This document shows, piece after piece, positions 7,003 to 12,277 of a DNA stretch of 12,277 nucleotides. The stretch is from assembly GCA_945861645.1 (NCBI GenBank), contig CAMAVZ010000053.1:1-12277 (forward strand), in the 5' to 3' direction. The number at the start of each line of letters is the position of its first letter. The first letter of the stretch is position 1. A program made the position numbers and the translations under genes. The notes under the pieces were generated by a model, which was not told the origin of the DNA, ran no database searches, and worked only from the letters and a program-made list of their open reading frames with translations. Source of the DNA: Opitutus sp. GAS368 (GTDB taxonomy: Bacteria; Verrucomicrobiota; Verrucomicrobiia; Opitutales; Opitutaceae).

Positions 7003-8304
7003 TCAATTCGCCAGCGGCGCCGGCGCCTGCCAAGCCTCGCGCGCGAGTTCCCGGCGCAACCAATCAATCGCGGCGGTCACCGCCCGCTGCTTCACGGCCC
7101 CCCGGGGACCAGGATAATTTAACTTGCGCGACCAACTGCCATTGGGGCCATGTAGCCCGAGATAAATCGTACCAACCGGGTTCTCCCCAGTGCCACCAGC
7201 GGGTCCCGCAAATCCGGTGACGGCCACCCCATAATCAGCACTCAATTTCTCGGCCACCCCCGTCGCCATCGCCACGGCACACTCCGCACTCACCGCCCCG
7301 TGCTGCGACAGCAAACACTCCGGGCAATCAAGCAGCAGCATCTTCGCATCATTGCTGTAGGAAACAATGCCGCCGTGAAAAAATTTAGAGGCCCCACAAA
7401 TATCAGTAAAATTATTAGACAATAATCCCCCAGTACAGGACTCCGCCACCGCCAACGTGCGACCCGCGGCCCGTAACTGATCGGCGACCACTTTGGTCAG
7501 CGTATCGTGACCAAAGCAGACAAAGTTATCGCCCAATAGCACCGCACATTCTTGCGCGATAGCCTGTAACTGCCCCATCGAATAGACCTGATCGGGCGAA
7601 CTCACGCGGCAATCGACCTGCCCTTGATGCGCACAATAAGCGATACTAAGCGCAGGATAGCGTGGGAAAATAGTCTGAAATTGTGTCTCCAACAGCGACT
7701 CCCCAACCCCCGCGGTCCGGATTTGCACGTAAGCCTCGCGCGCACTTAATAATCCTAATTGGGCTAAACGCGGCACCACTTGCTCAATAAAAATGGGCTG
7801 CAATTCATTCGGCGGCCCCGGCAACATGATGAGCACCTTCCCCGCCTGCTCCACCCACAGACCAGGCGCGGTGCCATTAGCATTAGGCAGCACCTCGCCG
7901 TGCTCAAAACGATAAGCCTGCTTAAGATTATTCGCCGTCATCGGACGATTCAGCCGAGCGAACCGTTGGGCGATGGCTTGCTCGGTCGCCTCATCTAAAA
8001 TCAATTGCTGCCCGAGCGCCTGCGCGAGCACCTCCCGCGTGCGATCATCACACGTCGGCCCCAATCCCCCCGTCGTAATAATAACATCAGCCTGCGCCCA
8101 ACTCTCGCGGAATTGCGCGGCAATAGCGTCCGCCTCATCCGTAATCGTGATATTACGCTGCAACAAAACTCCCCGCCGACCGAGCTGTGCACCGATAAAA
8201 GTTAAGTGCCCATTGGCAGTCAACCCGAGCAGCAGCTCATCTCCCAGCGTGAGTAATTCATAACGGAGGGCGCGCGGTGAAGAAGATGATGCTGCGGTGA
8301 CCAT
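7003..8304 (-). CDS. cinA: Competence/damage-inducible protein CinA (MocF-like ADP-ribose pyrophosphatase domain fused to PncC NMN deamidase), 433 aa
   Basis: N-domain GDELLLG, TTGGLGPTCDDRT, N.NGTAPG, LPGPP.EL and G.GES. C-domain LAVAESCTGG, GAS.FF.GG.V.YSN.AK, HGAVS, TGFAGP.GG...PVGTIY. Confidence 0.95.
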   Translation of the reverse strand: MVTAASSSSPRALRYELLTLGDELLLGLTANGHLTFIGAQLGRRGVLLQRNITITDEADAIAAQFRESWAQADVIITTGGLGPTCDDRTREVLAQALGQQLILDEATEQAIAQRFARLNRPMTANNLKQAYRFEHGEVLPNANGTAPGLWVEQAGKVLIMLPGPPNELQPIFIEQVVPRLAQLGLLSAREAYVQIRTAGVGESLLETQFQTIFPRYPALSIAYCAHQGQVDCRVSSPDQVYSMGQLQAIAQECAVLLGDNFVCFGHDTLTKVVADQLRAAGRTLAVAESCTGGLLSNNFTDICGASKFFHGGIVSYSNDAKMLLLDCPECLLSQHGAVSAECAVAMATGVAEKLSADYGVAVTGFAGPAGGTGENPVGTIYLGLHGPNGSWSRKLNYPGPRGAVKQRAVTAAIDWLRRELAREAWQAPAPLAN

Positions 8305-8457
8305 GCCAAAGAGTCGTGTAACCTATCCCGTTTTTATTAAAATGCCAGCTTCCCGCTAATTATGGGGATTTTTCTATCATTGCGAGAAACCGGCAACCCA
8401 GCAATTCAGCTAGCCGCAGTCGCTCACCGGTTATTCGGCCAAGGGCGGCTCAACTCC

Positions 8458-9936
8458 ATGTCCGCTTCTGCCCACTCCGATGATCTCAAGGCCAAAGTCC
8501 GCGCCCTGCCGGACGGCCCGGGTGTTTATTTAATGAAAGATCGCCTCGGCCGCATCATTTACGTCGGCAAGGCGAAGAATCTAAAAAAGCGCGTCGGCTC
8601 CTATTTTCAGCCCGGCCGCGCCCGCGCTTTGCGCCATCAGCCGAAAATTCGGACCCTGATCGAAATGATCACTGATTTAGAAATTCTCGAAGTAAAATCC
8701 GAACCCGAAGCCCTGCTCCTCGAAGGTAAACTGATCAAACAATGGCGGCCGAAATATAACACCGACTTTACGGATGATAAACGCTTCCTGCTCGTCCGCC
8801 TCGACCTGGAGGCCCCTCTGCCTCGTTTCGTGCTCACTCGTTTCCGCAAGGATACGCGCTCGCGGTACTTCGGCCCTTTTGTGCATTCCGGCCTCCTGCG
8901 CAAAACCCTGACCTCAATGCGCCAACGCTTCGGGATTATGCTCGCCGATGCTGCGCCAAAAAAAATCACCGCCGATACCTGGGAGTTATACGGCGACGCC
9001 CGGGCCGAACTGACGCCTTGGCCCAATGTGGTCACCGCAACAGAATACCGCACCCGCGTGGACGCCGCCGCTGAGTTTCTCGACGGCAAAAGCCGCGAAT
9101 GGCTCACCACGCTGCGGACCGAAATGAGCGCCCGCGCCGCTAAACAAGAATACGAAAGGGCGGCCGAATTACGCGATGTGGTCTTGGCGCTGGAACAAAC
9201 CTTGGCGCGCACCCGCAAATTTACCCGCGACCTCACCCAACTACGGTCCGACGACGCGGGTCTCCAGCAATTACAAACGGCCCTTGGGCTTTCGGCTCCG
9301 CCCACTCATATTGAGTGTTTTGATATCTCGCATATCTCCGGAACTTTTGTCGTCGCCTCGCTGGTGCATTTCACGAATGGCCGCCCCGACCGCGCCCAGT
9401 ATCGCCGCTTTGCGATTAAAAGTTTTATCGGCAATGATGACTTTAAGGCGATGGAAGAAGTCGTCGCGCGGCGTTATCGCCGCTTACTCCAGGAGCGAAA
9501 AACCTTCCCTGATTTAGTCGTGATTGATGGCGGCCGGGGTCAGATTGGGGCGGCCCTAAAATCTTTTGTGGAACTCGCTTGTCCGCCCCCGCCGCTGATC
9601 GGCCTCGCCAAGAAAATGGAGACGATCATTTTTCCCGATGCCCGTCCGCCGCTAAATTTACCCCTCAATCACGCCGGCCTGAATATTCTGCAACGTCTGC
9701 GCGATGAAGCGCATCGCTTCGCCAACACCTATAACGCCGACCTCCGTTCGCGGAAAATTAAAGAAAGCGTCCTCGACGATTTCCCCGGACTTGGCCCGGT
9801 GCGGCGCCGCGCGTTGCTCGCCCACTTTACGTCCCTCGCTAAATTGCGCACCGCCACCTCCGACGAAATTAGCGCGGTGCCTGGCTTTGGCGGGAAAATT
9901 GCCACCGAATTATACCAATTCCTGCAAACGAGCTGA
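8458..9936 (+). CDS. uvrC: Excinuclease ABC subunit C (compact form, about 492 aa)
   Basis: GIY-YIG domain (PGVYLMKD..IIYVGKAKNLKKRV.SYF, EALLLE.KLIK..PKYN), UVR motif (QEYERAAELRD), RNase H-like domain (IECFDISH, DDFKAM, DLVVIDGGRGQ, LRDEAHRFA) and tandem HhH (PGLGP, VPGFG). The start is placed at ATG 8458, just before LKAKVRALP. The ORF-track start at 8362 adds a non-homologous extension. Confidence 0.96.
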   Translation: MSASAHSDDLKAKVRALPDGPGVYLMKDRLGRIIYVGKAKNLKKRVGSYFQPGRARALRHQPKIRTLIEMITDLEILEVKSEPEALLLEGKLIKQWRPKYNTDFTDDKRFLLVRLDLEAPLPRFVLTRFRKDTRSRYFGPFVHSGLLRKTLTSMRQRFGIMLADAAPKKITADTWELYGDARAELTPWPNVVTATEYRTRVDAAAEFLDGKSREWLTTLRTEMSARAAKQEYERAAELRDVVLALEQTLARTRKFTRDLTQLRSDDAGLQQLQTALGLSAPPTHIECFDISHISGTFVVASLVHFTNGRPDRAQYRRFAIKSFIGNDDFKAMEEVVARRYRRLLQERKTFPDLVVIDGGRGQIGAALKSFVELACPPPPLIGLAKKMETIIFPDARPPLNLPLNHAGLNILQRLRDEAHRFANTYNADLRSRKIKESVLDDFPGLGPVRRRALLAHFTSLAKLRTATSDEISAVPGFGGKIATELYQFLQTS

Positions 9937-9982
9937 AAGCTGATCGGGCGGGCGGAGCGCCAACCCGCACTGAGTCGGGCTT

Positions 9983-10471
9983 CTAATTCAGCCACACAAT
10001 CGCGAGATTAAGCGCCGTGGCAAAACTGACCCATAACAGATAGGGTAACCACAGCCAACCCGCGAGCCGATCCGTTCGCCGTATATTGATCTGCAGTGCA
10101 ACCAGCAAAGCCCAGAGCACAATAATATCAACGAGCGCCCAAGCTGGTTGCTTGAGGCCAAAGAAAATAATCGACCAACCCGCGTTTAAGGCTAGCTGCC
10201 CAAAATATCCGATCACCAGCCTTGACCGCACGGCGTCACTCGAGCTCGCGCGACAAGCGCGCCAGATGGCGACCGCCATCAGCACATATAAGACCATCCA
10301 GACCGGCCCAAAAATCCAACTGGGCGGATTCCATGATGGTTTATGCAGCAGCGGATACCAGGTTCGCACATTCGCGAATGTAGCGAGGGAACCAATGGCT
10401 CCCGCGGTGAAACTGGCTGCCATAAAACCGACGAGCCTTAACCCTGATCGCGATGCCTTAACGCTGCTCAT
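9983..10471 (-). CDS. tspO: TspO/MBR family tryptophan-rich sensory membrane protein, 162 aa
   Basis: WY..L.KPSWNPP.WIFGPVW..LY.LM, QL.LN..WS.IFFG and LPYLLWVSFAT.LN motifs, with about five hydrophobic segments. Confidence 0.95.
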   Translation of the reverse strand: MSSVKASRSGLRLVGFMAASFTAGAIGSLATFANVRTWYPLLHKPSWNPPSWIFGPVWMVLYVLMAVAIWRACRASSSDAVRSRLVIGYFGQLALNAGWSIIFFGLKQPAWALVDIIVLWALLVALQINIRRTDRLAGWLWLPYLLWVSFATALNLAIVWLN

Positions 10472-10486
10472 GAAGATTGCGGGGGG

Positions 10487-11329
10487 CTAGCGCCGAAGCC
10501 GAAGCATTAAATCCATGATTCGGTCGGGTAAAATCCATTTTAAAAATAAAAAAATCTTGGCGTGCAACGGCCCACTATAACGCGGCGCCGGATGATCACT
10601 CGCGAGCGCCTGGGCAATGAGCCGCGCCATGTCATCAGGCACCCCCGCCACCCGGCGCAGTTTTTTATACCCAACGCGGAACCCAGCCATAAAGGGCGCA
10701 TAAGGGCCCGGGTGATCCGTATATTGGTCTGAGGCTTTATCGGCGGCCGCAATAAACTCCGTCAAAATAAAACCGGGCTGAATCAACGCGACGCGAATTC
10801 CGAAAGGCTGCAACTCGCCGCGCAGTCCATCCGTGATGGCTTCCAGCGCATGTTTAGTGGCGTCGTAAATCGATGAGAGTGGGCGCGCAATCCGCCCTGC
10901 CACGGAGCCAATATTGACGATGCAGCCGCTGCCCTGTGCGCGCATCACGGGAACCACCAACTGCGTTATGGCAATGAGGGCGAAAACATTGGTCTCAAAA
11001 TTTTTCCGGATCGCTTCCACCGGCACGATTTCAAGCGGGCCGCGCGTGGCATAGCCCGCATTGTTAACTAACCCGTCGATGCGTCCGAATTTTTTTAAGG
11101 TCGCTTCAATTAAGCGCCGTCGATCGAGGTCGCTGGTCACATCGCCGGCCACGGCTAACACCCGCTCCCCCGTCGCATCGAGCTCGGCCGCAAGAGCCGC
11201 TAGGCGCTCAGCGCGCCGCGCGGATAACACGACCCGCGCGCCGGCCTTTACTAGCCACCGCGCCGCCGCCGCGCCGATTCCGGAGGAAGCGCCGGTGATG
11301 ATGATCACTTGCTGGGCTAAAGCGGGCAC
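10487..11329 (-). CDS. Classical short-chain dehydrogenase/reductase, probably NADP(H)-dependent, about 280 aa
   Basis: TGASSGIG, SARR (basic residues suggest NADP), GDVT, RID.LVNNAG, the catalytic Ser in NIGSVAG, YDATK (YxxxK) and PGFI.T. The start is placed at GTG 11329, 5 nt after the dabb stop. The ORF-track start at 11446 overlaps the dabb gene. Confidence 0.93.
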   Translation of the reverse strand: MPALAQQVIIITGASSGIGAAAARWLVKAGARVVLSARRAERLAALAAELDATGERVLAVAGDVTSDLDRRRLIEATLKKFGRIDGLVNNAGYATRGPLEIVPVEAIRKNFETNVFALIAITQLVVPVMRAQGSGCIVNIGSVAGRIARPLSSIYDATKHALEAITDGLRGELQPFGIRVALIQPGFILTEFIAAADKASDQYTDHPGPYAPFMAGFRVGYKKLRRVAGVPDDMARLIAQALASDHPAPRYSGPLHAKIFLFLKWILPDRIMDLMLRLRR

Positions 11330-11334
11330 CGGGA

Positions 11335-11634
11335 TTACTGCGAATCGTAAATTTGTACGCGCGTCCAATGGGACTTGAACTGCGCGACAAAGGCTAAATG
11401 AATCGGGTCGATTTGGTAAGCCGCCTCCGCCGCCACATCCCGACACTGGACGATCAAGGCGACATCAAAGCTGTGATCGATAACTGGGCGCGCGGTGGTG
11501 GCGGCCGGACCGCCGATTGAAGTGGCCACGACGGACTTAATCGCAGTCAGACTTTCCACTCCGCGACGGAAGTCCGCCCGTTGTGCGGCGGTGAGCTCAG
11601 GTTTTAGCCAAAAATACACACAATGAAATAGCAT
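11335..11634 (-). CDS. Dabb family (stress-responsive dimeric alpha/beta barrel) protein, about 99 aa
   Basis: HCVYFWLK at the N-terminus, L..I..V....G.P...R.VID.SFD, YQ.DP.H..FV and V.IYD, all typical of Dabb. The start is placed at ATG 11634. Confidence 0.88.
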   Translation of the reverse strand: MLFHCVYFWLKPELTAAQRADFRRGVESLTAIKSVVATSIGGPAATTARPVIDHSFDVALIVQCRDVAAEAAYQIDPIHLAFVAQFKSHWTRVQIYDSQ

Positions 11635-11734
11635 AGGCCGCCAAAGAATCATTCCGGGCGCCTGAGGCAATTACTGATTAGCCGCCGAGCACTCCCCCGC
11701 AGGGCCGCCAGGCTTTTTCCGGTTACCAAAAAGG

Positions 11735-11762
11735 TTGCTCGCGTGCGCGCCTTACGTAGCAT
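11735..11762 (+). promoter_or_regulatory. Candidate sigma70-type promoter giving a leaderless or very short-leader rrf2 transcript
   Basis: TTGCTC (11735-11740), a 16-nt spacer, then TAGCAT (11757-11762). The ATG is 9 nt further on at 11772 and there is no Shine-Dalgarno sequence. Pattern match only. Confidence 0.4.
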
Positions 11763-11771
11763 GCGCAATCA

Positions 11772-12185
11772 ATGAAGGTTTCTGTTAAGATTGATTACGC
11801 CTGCCGCGTCATGGCCGAACTCGCCCGCTTGCATGGCTCGGGAACGCTCGCGCAGATTGATCACCTCGCCCAAACCGAAGCGGTGCCCGCTAATTTTCTC
11901 GCGCAAATTCTGGGGAAACTCCGCACGCATGGCCTCATCACCAGCCGCCGCGGCAGCCTAGGCGGCTATGTCCTCGCGCGGAGCCCTGAAGAAATTTCCC
12001 TCTATGATATCTTGCTGGCGGTCGAAGGTGAGTGCCTTCATCTCAGCGGCAACTTCCAAGGCCGGAGTGGCCGACGCCTTAAGCAAGTCTGGGGCGAAAT
12101 CAGTGCTGATTTGGTCAAAAAAACCAAGAGCTACACGCTCAACCAGCTCGCCACGAAGAACCCGACGGAAATGTATTATATTTGA
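11772..12185 (+). CDS. Rrf2 family transcriptional regulator, CymR-like, 137 aa
   Basis: MK.S.K.DYA.R.M..LA, a winged HTH (LA....VP..FLAQIL..L...GLI.SRRG..GGYVLARSPEEISLYDI..AVEG), VW, TL.QL and a C-terminal EMYYI. It lacks the IscR/NsrR three-Cys cluster. Confidence 0.93.
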   Translation: MKVSVKIDYACRVMAELARLHGSGTLAQIDHLAQTEAVPANFLAQILGKLRTHGLITSRRGSLGGYVLARSPEEISLYDILLAVEGECLHLSGNFQGRSGRRLKQVWGEISADLVKKTKSYTLNQLATKNPTEMYYI

Positions 12186-12249
12186 GCCACCCACCGCGGT
12201 GAGCTGCGTCCACTTGCCAACCAACGCAACCTGAGTAGGCTACCAGCTC

Positions 12250-12277
12250 ATGAAATTAACCACTGCCCTTCTTTTCT
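12250..12277 (+). CDS. Probable start of a downstream gene (MKLTTALLF...), signal-peptide-like, truncated by the window edge
   Basis: ATG at 12250, 64 nt after the rrf2 stop and on the same strand. Met-Lys followed by hydrophobic residues. Only 9 codons are visible. Confidence 0.4.

Noticed and set aside
8305-8457. SOS/LexA box between divergent cinA and uvrC
   Set aside because: I found no CTGT-N8-ACAG, GAAC-N4-GTTC or TGTTC-N4-GAACA pattern, only an AT-rich promoter-like tract.
6333-9305. Long antisense ORFs (6333..6932 +, 6617..7117 +, 8637..9305 -)
   Set aside because: They are shadow frames of holA, cinA and uvrC, as expected in GC-rich DNA, with Ser/Ala/Arg-biased translations and no domains.
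9937-9982. Terminator between convergent uvrC and tspO
   Set aside because: Only 4-5 bp GC stems (GCGGG/CCCGC, GGCG/CGCC) are present, with no U-tract on either strand.
11330-11446. Gly-rich N-terminal extension of the SDR or a dabb-SDR overlap
   Set aside because: It is an alternative frame of the dabb gene. The SDR fold begins right after the GTG at 11329.
1-12277. CRISPR array, IS, prophage, toxin-antitoxin or defence system
   Set aside because: There are no spaced direct repeats, terminal inverted repeats, transposase, integrase or defence domains. All long ORFs are assignable to housekeeping or metabolic families.

Overview
A GC-rich bacterial chromosomal window made up mostly of housekeeping genes. 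The protein styles suggest Verrucomicrobiota/Opitutae, but this is inference only. Order: tRNA-Ile2(CAU) (-); a coupled GMC flavoprotein plus Tat-signal small subunit of the glycoside 3-dehydrogenase / gluconate 2-dehydrogenase type (+); a minus-strand run cinA-holA-purB-pfp-like ending in a clear intrinsic terminator; a compact uvrC (+); a probable dabb-SDR-tspO operon (-); and a divergent CymR-like Rrf2 regulator (+) followed by a probable gene start cut off at the edge. I found no mobile element, CRISPR array, tandem repeat or defence system, and I cannot claim a new multi-gene system. The strongest oddities lie inside familiar genes. The intact PPi-phosphofructokinase homologue has substituted catalytic motifs (GDADS for GG[D/N]DS, KTVEND for KTIDND) and is a candidate pseudo-enzyme. 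The UvrC has lost its 4-Cys Fe-S region and much of its central region.
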